From NCBI GenBank assembly GCA_965116905.1, contig OZ220732.1:288001-352000 (forward strand): DNA of 64,000 nucleotides, in the 5' to 3' direction. Under the pieces are notes generated by a model. That model did not search any database and had not been told where the DNA came from. It was given only the letters and a program-made list of their open reading frames with translations. The DNA is from Longimicrobiales bacterium (GTDB lineage Bacteria; Gemmatimonadota; Gemmatimonadetes; Longimicrobiales; Gaopeijiaceae). Below are positions 48,601 to 57,287 of the stretch, piece after piece. The position numbers and the translations under genes are program-made. How positions within the stretch are numbered: position 1 is the first letter of the stretch; each line of letters begins with the position of its first letter.

Positions 48601-49041
48601 GGACCGGGGCCTTCCGGCTGGTTCCACCCCGAGGTACACACCTTCGACCAGGTGTCGGCGTTCGTACGCGACGTGATTCGGGCGGGGGGAAGGGCCGGCG
48701 TGGGCAGTCACGGCCAGCTCCAGGGGCTCAGTTACCACTGGGAGCTCTGGGCAACCCAGGCCGGCGGAATGACCGAGCACGAGGCGCTGCAGGTGGCCAC
48801 GATCCTCGGAGCGCACTCGATCGGTCTGGACCGCGACCTCGGCTCCATAGAGATGGGCAAGCTGGCGGACCTGGTCGTCCTCGACGGCAACCCGCTCGAC
48901 GACATCCGCAACAGCAACACGGTGCACCGCGTCATGATGAACGGCCGGCTGTACGACGGGGACACGCTGGACCAGGTCTGGCCGGACCAGGTGACGGCGG
49001 GGCCGTTCTACTGGCTGCGGGAGGCCCCGCCCGGGCGGTGA
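45676..49041 (+). CDS. secreted amidohydrolase with TolB/PD40 beta-propellers
   Basis: SVDVSPDG, PRFSPDG repeats; PGFVDTHAH, GSHGQLQG, GKLADLVVLDGNPL. Confidence 0.92.
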   Translation: MATARRRGVRMLLAAGLCATTLNPAPRPLGAQEAGEDETHPQQEGLPLVPGRTISTSFTEGSWMSVDVSPDGQTVVFDFLGDLYTMPITGGTATPLTRGMAFDGQPRFSPDGTRVVFTSDRSGGEGIHIISLDKSDTVQVTQGKSSSYQSPEWTPDGDYVIATRQGPGQGKLWLYHVDGGTGIQLIDEPANRRTTGAAFGNNGRYIWYAYRTGSWEYNSAMRQYQLAVYDRETGESATRSFRYGGAFRPTLSPDGRWLVYGSRHIADTGLRIRDLDTGDERWLAFPVQRDDQESRATRDAYPGMSFTPDSREVIAYYGGGLWRVPVDGSEPTPIPFRVDVDMAIGPDVDFDYRIEDTETFVAKQVRDAVPSPSGDRIAFSLLARVYVMEWPGGTPERLTGSDANEHMPTWSPDGEDIAYTTWDDATGGHLYRVDSGGGDPTRLTTAPGLYNNPVWSPDGERIIAVRGPGRAYDEALTRGVPGGADDLVWIPATGGDATVIAPARDGNHHFTSNADRIYAYNPGDGLVSFRWDGTDRKQHVRVVGAGPPGSSTPPPATLVTMAPRGDQALARVYNHLYTVTVPVVGGDVPTINVGNPDNASVPARQVTEIGGEFPAWASDGRKIHWTIGNAHLVYDLDAARAFEDSVAAAAESDEGGDDPGAAQAEEEEEGESSDESDTEHDAPRYAPEEVRIRVEFPRDIPSGVAVLSGARVVTMNGDEVLERGDIVVRNNRIAEVGATGTVAHPDEATVIDLAGKTIVPGFVDTHAHLRAQINILRTQPWSYAANLAYGVTTTRDPQTGTTDVISYEDLVRAGRILSPRIYSTGPGVFSSENVKDLDHARHVLRRYSDYYDTKTIKMYAAGNREQRQWILQAARELELMPTTEGGLDTKVNMTMAIDGYSGVEHNMPGFPMYADMVELVARSTMAYTPTILVTYGGPWAENYFYVTEDVLGDEKLARFTPMEEILQKALRRPGPGPGPSGWFHPEVHTFDQVSAFVRDVIRAGGRAGVGSHGQLQGLSYHWELWATQAGGMTEHEALQVATILGAHSIGLDRDLGSIEMGKLADLVVLDGNPLDDIRNSNTVHRVMMNGRLYDGDTLDQVWPDQVTAGPFYWLREAPPGR

Positions 49042-50267
49042 GCAAACGGGCCACAACCCGATCGACCGTCATCCCCGGTCTCGACGTCTTCCTCGGCGGG
49101 GGCGGCGACGCGGCGGGCGTTCGTGCCGCGGTCGCCGGGCTCCGCCATGCTCGTTTGGGACTGATCGCCCACCCCGCCTCGGTCACTTCGGAGCTGCAGT
49201 TCTCCGCCGAGGCCGTCCGCGCGACCGGATTCAACCTGCGCGCCCTCTTCGGCCCCCAGCACGGCGCCCGCGGCGAGAAGCAGGACAACATGATCGAGTC
49301 GGACCCCTACACCGACCCGGTGACCGGTCTCCCGGTCCACTCCCTCTACGGCGAGGTTCGCAAGCCGACCCCCGCCATGCTCGACGGAATCGACGCCCTG
49401 CTCTTCGACCTCCAGGACGTGGGGGTGCGCGTCTATACCTTCATGTGGACGATGGCGCTGGCGATGGAGGCGTGTGCCGAGGCAGGCGTACGGTTCGTCG
49501 TACTGGACCGTCCCAATCCGATCGGCGGCGTCAGGCGGGAGGGGCCGGTGCTGCGCGAGGACTACCGGTCGTTCGTCGGCCTCCACACGGTCCCGCTGCG
49601 GCACGGCCTGACCTGCGGCGAGATGGCGCGGTGGCTGAACGGGGAACGCGGCATCGGCTGCGACCTGACGGTCATCCCGTGCGAAGGCTGGCGGCGCGAC
49701 ATGTCGTGGGACGACACCGGCCTGCCCTGGGTGATGCCCAGCCCCAACCTGCCCACGCCCGACTCCTGCGTCGTTTATCCCGGCATGGTGCTGATCGAAG
49801 GCACCAACCTCTCGGAAGGCCGTGGCACCACGAGGCCCTTCGAACTTTTCGGCGCCCCATGGCTCGACCCCACCGCGCTCGTCACCCGCCTGAGCCGCGC
49901 CCACCTGCCCGGCGTCGCGTTCCGCCCCTGCCACTTCGAGCCGACCTTCCAGAAGCAAGCAGGCGCGCTTTGCGGAGGTGCACAGCTGCACGTTACCGAT
50001 CCCGGCACGTTCGAGCCGGTTCGCACGGCGGTGGAGGTCCTCGTTGCGGCGTGTCATCTCGCCCCCGACGACTTCGCCTGGCTCGAACCACCCTACGAGT
50101 ACGAGGAAACGCTGGCCCCGATCGACATCCTGTGGGGTAGCCCGGAACTACGGGAAGGCGTGGACGCGGGAGCCACGGCATCCGATATCCTGGCAGGTGT
50201 CGACGCCGAACTTGAGACCTTCAGTGAGTCGGTAGAGCGTTACCTGCTGATTGAAACCGACCCGTGA
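49038..50267 (+). CDS. namZ: DUF1343 family exo-beta-N-acetylmuramidase NamZ-like
   Basis: LFGPQHG, SLYG..RKP, FDLQDVGVR.YTF, LDRPNP, RHGLTCGE, PSPNLP, SEGRGTTRPF. Confidence 0.88.
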   Translation: MSKRATTRSTVIPGLDVFLGGGGDAAGVRAAVAGLRHARLGLIAHPASVTSELQFSAEAVRATGFNLRALFGPQHGARGEKQDNMIESDPYTDPVTGLPVHSLYGEVRKPTPAMLDGIDALLFDLQDVGVRVYTFMWTMALAMEACAEAGVRFVVLDRPNPIGGVRREGPVLREDYRSFVGLHTVPLRHGLTCGEMARWLNGERGIGCDLTVIPCEGWRRDMSWDDTGLPWVMPSPNLPTPDSCVVYPGMVLIEGTNLSEGRGTTRPFELFGAPWLDPTALVTRLSRAHLPGVAFRPCHFEPTFQKQAGALCGGAQLHVTDPGTFEPVRTAVEVLVAACHLAPDDFAWLEPPYEYEETLAPIDILWGSPELREGVDAGATASDILAGVDAELETFSESVERYLLIETDP

Positions 50268-50268
50268 A

Positions 50269-50586
50269 TCACTCCGGCTGGTAGCGCTCGACCGTGATCT
50301 CGGCAGCCCGCGCCCGCATCCGGGCAGCGTCGTGCCAGGCTTGCATCCTCAGCAACATTTCCATGTCCACGCCGAACGCCTTTTCGATTCGGAGAGCCAT
50401 CTCGGGGGACAGGGCGGCATGGCCGTGAAGCAGATCGGAGATTGTGGCCCGCCGTACTCCAAGTATCTCGGCCGTCCTCGTCACATTGAGTCCCAGTGCC
50501 TCGACAACCTCTGTCCGAATGAAATCGCCGGGATTCGACGGAGTCATCCGGACTGCAATGGATGATTCGGTCCTGCTTATCGCCAT
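50269..50586 (-). CDS. higA: HigA family antitoxin (HTH)
   Basis: NPGDFIRTEV..LGLNVTRTAEILGVRR..LSPEMALRIEKAFG..LRMQ. TGATG coupling to the toxin. Confidence 0.93.
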   Translation of the reverse strand: MAISRTESSIAVRMTPSNPGDFIRTEVVEALGLNVTRTAEILGVRRATISDLLHGHAALSPEMALRIEKAFGVDMEMLLRMQAWHDAARMRARAAEITVERYQPE

Positions 50587-50876
50587 CAGTGGTAGTCCTC
50601 CAGGTCCAGGTGCCTCAGTAAGCCGTCTTCCTCCACAAAGGTGATCCTCCAGTTCCGGGACACGGAGATGCTCCAGACACCATGGCGAGAGCCCGAGAGC
50701 CGATGAACCCGCCAACCCGGCGGCGCACCTTCGACCAAAGCGTGAATCGACTTTGAGACTATCAATGCCGTCAGGATCTTTCTCACCCGGTCGACTTGGG
50801 TGGCCTGAAGGAATCTGGGATCATCCTGCTCCAACAGCGTTCGAAGTCCTCTATGCCGCACGGAACAAACGATCAT
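50586..50876 (-). CDS. higB: HigB (RelE-fold) toxin
   Basis: RHRGLR, PGWRVHRLSG, WSISVSRNWRITF, LDLEDYH. Confidence 0.93.
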   Translation of the reverse strand: MIVCSVRHRGLRTLLEQDDPRFLQATQVDRVRKILTALIVSKSIHALVEGAPPGWRVHRLSGSRHGVWSISVSRNWRITFVEEDGLLRHLDLEDYH

Positions 50877-50890
50877 GCTCTAGATCCACA

Positions 50891-50919
50891 AACGTACGGT
50901 ATTACCGTACACACAGCAA
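50891..50919 (-). promoter_or_regulatory. putative higBA promoter with overlapping palindromic operator
   Basis: Minus strand TTGCTG-N17-TACGTT; perfect inverted repeat gtacggta-t-taccgtac at 50894-50910. Confidence 0.65.
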
Positions 50920-51042
50920 GTTTGGGCCACAGCGATCGGCTCCGAAAAGAAAGGGCTCGGGGTAAAGCGTCAGGGAATCTCGCTTCCCCTGATCATTCGG
51001 CTGTCATCGTCCAACCCATCGAGACCGGAAAGCCCTGGCGAC

Positions 51043-52695
51043 TCACCTCACCCCGAAATCCACCACCAGCGGCAAGTGATCCGACTTCTCCGTATCCGAC
51101 TCGAGGATCCCGAGTGCGTCCCGTGCACTCCCCGACAGGTCTGCCGCGTCGAAGAGGAACGCCCGCTCGACCCGTAGCACCGCCCCACGGTACAGCAGGT
51201 AGTCCAGCCTGCCGGGAGAGAACGGGTCCTCTCCCCAGGTGCTGCGCCAGGTGGCCAGGGAGCGGTCGCGGAGCCGTTCCGGGCGCGCCACCTCCAGATC
51301 GCGCCCGCCAACGCCCAGTCCGCGCCTCAGCTCGTCCAGGGGACGCGCGGACCCCACCAGGTTGAGGTCGCCCGCCACGACGAGTCCCGCGCCGGGCCGA
51401 TCGGCCAGCGCCGCGGCAATTGCGTAGTTCAGGGTGCGGGCCTGCAGCTCGCGCAGCCGGTCCCGCGGTGAGCCGTCGTACCCCGCGCTCTGCAGGTCAA
51501 CGGGAACGAACAGGATGTCCCGCCCGCCGACCGTCACCCAGGCTCCCGTCGCCGAGAGACCGCCCTCCGCTTCTGCGCGCGCCAGGACCGACGGCGGCGC
51601 CATCCCGGGAACCTCCGGCTCATCCCCAACCTCGGCCAGCCAGCGCTCCAGCGCGCCCAACGGGTAGCCGATCCTGCCCATTCCGCCCTCCCCCCTTACC
51701 TCCCGACCGCCGGCCCCGACAGCCGTCCGCTGCCGTCCGCCGCCCGAGGCCAGCCACCACGTCCAGCCTCCTCGCTCTCCGGCAAGGTCCCGCGTGAAGC
51801 GCGCAAGATCCTCCGGTGTCACGGTGAAGTGGATTTCATCAAGCAGGAGGATGTCGGGTGCGAGCGCCGCGACCACGCGGCGAAACGCATCCTGATTGTT
51901 GCGGAAGCTCATGCTGGAGACGTTCCAGGCCACGACGCGGAGGGCCCCCGGAACCCTGGCCACCGCGTCGGCGCCGAGCAGGGACGGCGGTTCACCCGGG
52001 GCAGTTGTGAGCGCATGCCGGAACACGGCCGTCTCGTCCACGACTGCGCCGGCGCGCAGGTAGCGCAGTCTGCCAGCCACCGCGTCCCCCGGCCCGACCG
52101 TTGCTCGCTGCCCCACCACCCCTCGCCCCCCGGTTGCCTTCACGACCGCCGCCCGGTCCAGCCGCACCTCGAAACGGTCGGACGAGTGCGTGGGAGACAC
52201 CAGCAGGCCCACCCGGGACGCCTGCTCCATCTCGCCCGGCCCATCCGGCCCGATCCGGCGAATCCCCACCCCTGCTCCGTGACCATCGCGATCCGGCTCG
52301 GGCTGGCGCGTCAGGATGACGACCAGATCAGCGCCATCCACACCACCGTAGGCCCCGCCCGTGCCCCTGTCCCCGCCCGTGCCCCTGTCCCCGCCCGAGC
52401 CCGCGTCCCCGTCCGTGTCCAGCACCAGTTCGACCGAGCCGCGCATACCCTGCACCGTCACCGTGTCGCCCAGGTCGATCAGGAAGTGGAGGAAGCGGGG
52501 GTCGTCCTGTACGGCAACGGCGCCCAGGTCCACCGGGGAGCCGGCCGGGACGTCGCCGGTCGGGTCGACCACCAGCGCCGCGACCCCTTCCCAGTCGTCG
52601 AAGTCGCCGTCGGTCCAGATGGGGGGCCGCTCCGTGGGGGGCTCGGCAGCGCACCCGAGGGTCAGGGCGACAAGGGCGACCCGCGGCAACCCCAT
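51043..52695 (-). CDS. endonuclease/exonuclease/phosphatase family lipoprotein
   Basis: Lipobox LGC; RVVAWNV, DILLLDE, AGDLN, RLDY, SDHLP. Confidence 0.85.
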   Translation of the reverse strand: MGLPRVALVALTLGCAAEPPTERPPIWTDGDFDDWEGVAALVVDPTGDVPAGSPVDLGAVAVQDDPRFLHFLIDLGDTVTVQGMRGSVELVLDTDGDAGSGGDRGTGGDRGTGGAYGGVDGADLVVILTRQPEPDRDGHGAGVGIRRIGPDGPGEMEQASRVGLLVSPTHSSDRFEVRLDRAAVVKATGGRGVVGQRATVGPGDAVAGRLRYLRAGAVVDETAVFRHALTTAPGEPPSLLGADAVARVPGALRVVAWNVSSMSFRNNQDAFRRVVAALAPDILLLDEIHFTVTPEDLARFTRDLAGERGGWTWWLASGGGRQRTAVGAGGREVRGEGGMGRIGYPLGALERWLAEVGDEPEVPGMAPPSVLARAEAEGGLSATGAWVTVGGRDILFVPVDLQSAGYDGSPRDRLRELQARTLNYAIAAALADRPGAGLVVAGDLNLVGSARPLDELRRGLGVGGRDLEVARPERLRDRSLATWRSTWGEDPFSPGRLDYLLYRGAVLRVERAFLFDAADLSGSARDALGILESDTEKSDHLPLVVDFGVR

Positions 52696-54293
52696 CAGCC
52701 GCCCTGCCGCACGATCAACCACCCTCCCCGGTAGTCGGGCGGGAAGATCCCCTCGCGCACCACCGTCGTCCTGCGCCCGCCGCCCACATAGGTGACCCGG
52801 ACATCGACGCGCTCGACGCCCGCCGGAATCCCGAAGTGCGCCGGCGTGGCGCCCTGGGAGCAGTAGCCGCCGCCGGTGTCCACCAGCCGCGTACCGAGAA
52901 TCCGTCCGGTGTCGTGGTCCAGGAGCTGCACCTCGGCGCCGGGCACCATGGTCCGCCCGTCGGCGTCGGTCGCCGCAACCTGCAGCGAGCGCGCGGCAGC
53001 CTCGGCCGAAAGCAGGTTCCGGGACAGGTGGTGTGTGCCGCCCGTCTGGTCGTTGTTGGCAATCGCGAGATCCTGGTCGCCGTCGCGATCGAAGTCGGCC
53101 CAGGCTACGCCGTGGCTGGGGCCGTGCTCCAGGAGGTTGGCGGGAAGCGCGTTTCGGAACCGCCCGTCGCCGTCGTTCATGAACAAATGATCCTCGACGG
53201 CGGCGATGCCCGACAGGTATGAAGTCACGACCAGATCGGGCAGGCCATTGTGATCGACATCCGCCCAGGCCGCCGTCGTCGAATGGTAGTCCACACCCAT
53301 GGTGGCCGGATCGGTGACGTCCGTGAATGTGCCGTCGCCGTTGTTGCTCCACAGGATGTCCGGGCCGTAGGTGGCGATGAACAGGTCGAGATCGCCGTCG
53401 TTGTCGTAGTCGGTCACCGCCGGCGCGACGCTGCCGTACTCCTCACCCCGGTTCGGGTGGTTCATCCCCAGCGCGGGTGCCACATCGACGAACGTCCCGT
53501 CGCCCTCGTTGCGGTAGAAGGCGTCCTCGTCGCCGTTCTGGTTCGAGACGTGGACATCCAGGTCGCCGTCGCGGTCGTAGTCGAACCAGACGACTCCCAC
53601 CGTTCGACGCGGGTCCCCGAGGCCCGACTCCGTGGTCACGTCGGTGAAGGTCCAGACGGGGTCACCGGGGCCGCGGTCGCTGGCGGCGAGGTCATCGGCG
53701 GCCGGATCGTCCGCCGGCCCGTCGTTCCGGAACAGCCGGTTGGGCTGGTCGCGCATCGCCACGAACAGGTCCAGATCCTGGTCCCCGTCGTAGTCGATCC
53801 AGCTTGGTTGCCTCGTATTGCCCAGCAGGTCAACGCCAAGTCCGCTCGTCACGTCCGCGAAGATCTGATCGTCGTTGCGGTACAGGCGATTGGGTGTCTC
53901 GGCCGTGGCGGAATGCCCGACGTAGAGATCCAGGTCGCCGTCGCCGTCATAATCCCCCCACGCAGCGGCGCGCGTGTCCTCCAAGTCGGCCAGACCGAAC
54001 TCGGGCGCGACGTCGACGAAGGTGCCGGCGTCGTTCCGGTACAGTCGGTTCTCCGAGTACCGCATGCCCACGAAGAGGTCGAGGTCGCCGTCGCGGTCGA
54101 AGTCGGCCCATGCGTTCGGCTGGGCGCCGGGGGTGGCGAAGAGCTCCGGCTGCACGCGGTCGAACGCGGGGAGCGCGCCCGCGTCGCCATCCGGCTCGCC
54201 ACACGCCGTCAGGAAGGCAGTGGCAAGCAGCAGGAAGCAACGCGTCGCCCCGGCCCGGGCCTGTTCCGCACTCACGGCCTGCTCCGCACTCAC
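52695..54293 (-). CDS. CRTAC1-like FG-GAP/VCBS repeat + ASPIC/UnbV lipoprotein
   Basis: Lipobox TAC; repeated DxDxDGDLD and LYRN motifs; GGGYCSQ..HFG. Start approximate. Confidence 0.9.
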   Translation of the reverse strand: MSAEQAVSAEQARAGATRCFLLLATAFLTACGEPDGDAGALPAFDRVQPELFATPGAQPNAWADFDRDGDLDLFVGMRYSENRLYRNDAGTFVDVAPEFGLADLEDTRAAAWGDYDGDGDLDLYVGHSATAETPNRLYRNDDQIFADVTSGLGVDLLGNTRQPSWIDYDGDQDLDLFVAMRDQPNRLFRNDGPADDPAADDLAASDRGPGDPVWTFTDVTTESGLGDPRRTVGVVWFDYDRDGDLDVHVSNQNGDEDAFYRNEGDGTFVDVAPALGMNHPNRGEEYGSVAPAVTDYDNDGDLDLFIATYGPDILWSNNGDGTFTDVTDPATMGVDYHSTTAAWADVDHNGLPDLVVTSYLSGIAAVEDHLFMNDGDGRFRNALPANLLEHGPSHGVAWADFDRDGDQDLAIANNDQTGGTHHLSRNLLSAEAAARSLQVAATDADGRTMVPGAEVQLLDHDTGRILGTRLVDTGGGYCSQGATPAHFGIPAGVERVDVRVTYVGGGRRTTVVREGIFPPDYRGGWLIVRQGG

Positions 54294-54458
54294 GATTGTC
54301 TTGCACCAGGACCCACCGACCTCATACTCAGTCCGGATTCTCACCCTTCACCTCCTTCAAGGCGCATAGCGACATGGCGGACGGCTCCATGCTCGATCTC
54401 GGACGGAAGATACTCGACTTCGCGAGCGCCTCCAGCTGGTCCACCGGACTCCTACCGC

Positions 54459-57287
54459 CTACCGCCGCCCCCTGCGCCCGAGCCCGCGGCCCCGGCCGCC
54501 CATCTGATTCCCCAGCCGGTACATGACCCTGAGCATGAAATACTGGCCCAGCGACTCCGTGCGCGACTCCTCGATGTAGTTCGCGGAGTTGGTGACGGCA
54601 ACGCCCTGATTCTGATTCAGCAGATCGTAGGCCTGCAGCTCGATCTCGGCCCGGCCGTCGATCACGCGCCGGGTGATGGTGGCGTCCCAGCGTGCAATGT
54701 TCCGCGATTCCGCGAAGAGCCCCTGGTCATAGGTGCGGTAGCGGAAGTCCGTCTCCAGCTCCCAGGCGCCGAGATACCAGGTGCCTTCGGCCTGGTACTC
54801 GCTGTTCACGTAGCTCCGGTTCAGCTCCTGGTTCAGCGAGTACTTGACATCGTTGAAACCGAATTCCGCGGACACTTCCACATCGAACCGGTCCTTCACC
54901 CGGTTGTCCACGCCGATCTCGACGGTGTTGCGCAGGATCCGGCTCTCGTTGGCGGCGAGGTTGACCAGCTCGGTGCCCTCCGAATACGTGACCCGGTACT
55001 CCAGGTCGAGGTCGATACCGAGCTTTCTGACGGGGGTGCCGAAACTCGCTCCCAGGTTGCCGGACCACTCGCCGTCGGTGTTCACCGGCATCCGGGTCTG
55101 GAACCCCCGTTCGTCGAAGAAGCGCGACGTCGAAATGCTGTTGTCGTTGTATGTGAAGCCGGCGAAGGTGAAGAGGTTGATGAAGCTGAACTGGTCGAAG
55201 AAACGGTAGTCGGCGTTGAGCCGGTGCCGGTACTCGGGGCGCAGGTCCGGGTTGCCCGAATAGACGTTGAGCGGATCGCGGTTGTCCGAGTAGGGCTGGA
55301 GTTGCGTCAGCGAGGGCTCGCGGCTGGAGCCGCTGTAACGGAACTCCAGGTTCTGTCCTTCCTTGATCTCGTTCTTGAACTGGGCGTTCGCCAGGATGTG
55401 GGTGTAGCCGTTTTCGATCGTCTGGTCGCGGTCCAGGATGACGCCGTCGAGCTGCGACCTCTGCAGCCGGAGGCCGACCGTGAACCAGGAGCGGTCGTTG
55501 TTGCGGCTGTAGCGCGCCCCGCCCAGCAGATACGTGTACGCCCGCTCGAACCCGGAACTCAGCCGGTCGTTGAGCAGGGGCACGCCGTCGACCAGATCGT
55601 AGACCGAGTTGCTGCGGTCCTCGCGCGTCGAGTTGCGCTGGCCGAAGAGCTCCATGGTGTGGCCATCGGCGAGCGGCTGCGTCAGGGAGAGCCGCGCCGA
55701 GTTGTTCCAGGTCCGCCCCACCCGCGTCTGCTCCTGCAGGATCTCCTCAAGATCCCCGTCGTGATCCCGCTCGCCGCGCACCTCGCCCGTCACCACCGAC
55801 GACAGGTCCGACACCAGGTCCGAATCCTGCAGGCCGCTTCGCAGCTCCGCGACGAGGCTGCGGCCGTCCCCGTTCAGCCGTTTGCGCCACGTGAGGCGCG
55901 CGTTGCCGCCCAGGTCGTCCCCGTCCACGAGATAGTCCGTGGTGGCCGAATTGAGCATGCTGCCGCTCAGCGTGTGCGTCTGCCGGTTCGCGAAGGAGGT
56001 GAGCGACGACGCACGCGTGTTTCCGTCCATGCGCAACCGCATGTCGTGGCCTTCCGAGAAGGTGACCTGCGCGTTGAGGTTCACCCGCTGGTTCAGGTTG
56101 CCGGTCTCCTGGTTGCTGGTCTGGTCGACGAACGACGCGACATTCGATCCGAAGAGCGCCTGCTGCTGCAGCGTCCGGTCCTGGAGATTGTCGAGCTGGC
56201 TGACGAAATAGCTTCCCCGTACCCAGGTGTCGTCGCCGCCGCCGAAGTCCCGGCTCGCGTTGAGTCCCACGCTCATCGTCTCGGTAAAGCCGTCGTTGCC
56301 CCCGCCTCCGCGTCCGCCGCCGCCCGCAAAGTCCGCAAAGTCCCGCCAGCTGAACCCGGCCCGGTTGACGTTGTTGGCGTTCGCGGTCAGCGCAAGCTGC
56401 GTGTTGGGCGAGAATCGGTTCAGCGTCAGCGAGCCGTCGTAGCGCGCCTCGTTGCCCACCGGTCCCGCGAGCCGGCCCTGGGCGTTGACGTCACCGCCGA
56501 CGCCGCCCCTGGCCCGGCCGAAGTATCCACGGCGCGCCTCCTCCCTCAGCCTGAGGTCGATCGTGCGCTCGTCCTCGCCGTCGGGGATCCCGGTGAACTC
56601 CGCCATGTCGGACTGCTTGTCATAGACATCGACCTGCGCGACCGCATCGGCCGGCAGGTTCTGGGTCGCAACCGTCGCATCGCCGCCGAAGAACTCCTTG
56701 CCGTCCACGAGGAGGTTCTGCACCTCTTCGCCCTGCGCCGTAATCGTGCCGTCCGTGCCGACCTGGATCCCTGGAAGTCTGCGCAGGAGGTCCTCGACGG
56801 ATGCGTTGGGGGGCGTCGGAAAGGCCAGCGCGTTGTAGCTGAGCGTATCGCGCCGGTTCACGAAGGGGACGTGCTCCACGCTGACCACCAGCGAGTCCAT
56901 CTCCAGCGCCGTGACCGAAAGCACGACCTCTCCGGCGTCCACATCGGCGTCCGCCACGTCGAAGTCGCGGCGGAGCGTCTGGTATCCGATCAGAGTGACC
57001 TGCAGGATGTACGCGCCCGGCGTCAGCCCCGGGATCGTGAAGCCGCCGTCGCCCGAGCTGAGCGTGTACCTGGTCAACACGGAATCCGGCCGCGTCAGCG
57101 CGACCACCATCGCGTTCTGGAGGCCGGTGCCCAGCGAGTCGGCAACGACGCCCTGTACGCTGTATTCCGCCGTTTCCTCCTGCCCGCTCACCGGCGTCAC
57201 CGGCGTGAATACGGCGTGGCAGACCAACGCCGCTGCAAGTATCAATCCTCGTCTCACCCTCTGTCTCCTACTCCCGGCCGCCCCCAC
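54459..57287 (-). CDS. outer-membrane beta-barrel protein with N-terminal carboxypeptidase-regulatory-like domain (TonB-receptor-like)
   Basis: DTLSYNA..VEDLLRRLPG..VDGKEFFGGD..NLPAD, GNPDLRPE, YFMLRVMYRL. Confidence 0.9.
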   Translation of the reverse strand: MGAAGSRRQRVRRGLILAAALVCHAVFTPVTPVSGQEETAEYSVQGVVADSLGTGLQNAMVVALTRPDSVLTRYTLSSGDGGFTIPGLTPGAYILQVTLIGYQTLRRDFDVADADVDAGEVVLSVTALEMDSLVVSVEHVPFVNRRDTLSYNALAFPTPPNASVEDLLRRLPGIQVGTDGTITAQGEEVQNLLVDGKEFFGGDATVATQNLPADAVAQVDVYDKQSDMAEFTGIPDGEDERTIDLRLREEARRGYFGRARGGVGGDVNAQGRLAGPVGNEARYDGSLTLNRFSPNTQLALTANANNVNRAGFSWRDFADFAGGGGRGGGGNDGFTETMSVGLNASRDFGGGDDTWVRGSYFVSQLDNLQDRTLQQQALFGSNVASFVDQTSNQETGNLNQRVNLNAQVTFSEGHDMRLRMDGNTRASSLTSFANRQTHTLSGSMLNSATTDYLVDGDDLGGNARLTWRKRLNGDGRSLVAELRSGLQDSDLVSDLSSVVTGEVRGERDHDGDLEEILQEQTRVGRTWNNSARLSLTQPLADGHTMELFGQRNSTREDRSNSVYDLVDGVPLLNDRLSSGFERAYTYLLGGARYSRNNDRSWFTVGLRLQRSQLDGVILDRDQTIENGYTHILANAQFKNEIKEGQNLEFRYSGSSREPSLTQLQPYSDNRDPLNVYSGNPDLRPEYRHRLNADYRFFDQFSFINLFTFAGFTYNDNSISTSRFFDERGFQTRMPVNTDGEWSGNLGASFGTPVRKLGIDLDLEYRVTYSEGTELVNLAANESRILRNTVEIGVDNRVKDRFDVEVSAEFGFNDVKYSLNQELNRSYVNSEYQAEGTWYLGAWELETDFRYRTYDQGLFAESRNIARWDATITRRVIDGRAEIELQAYDLLNQNQGVAVTNSANYIEESRTESLGQYFMLRVMYRLGNQMGGRGRGLGRRGRR

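Noticed and set aside
54345..54458. Possible gene remnant between the barrel and FG-GAP genes
   Set aside because: A short reading (AREVEYLPSEIEHG...) has no start and no recognisable family.
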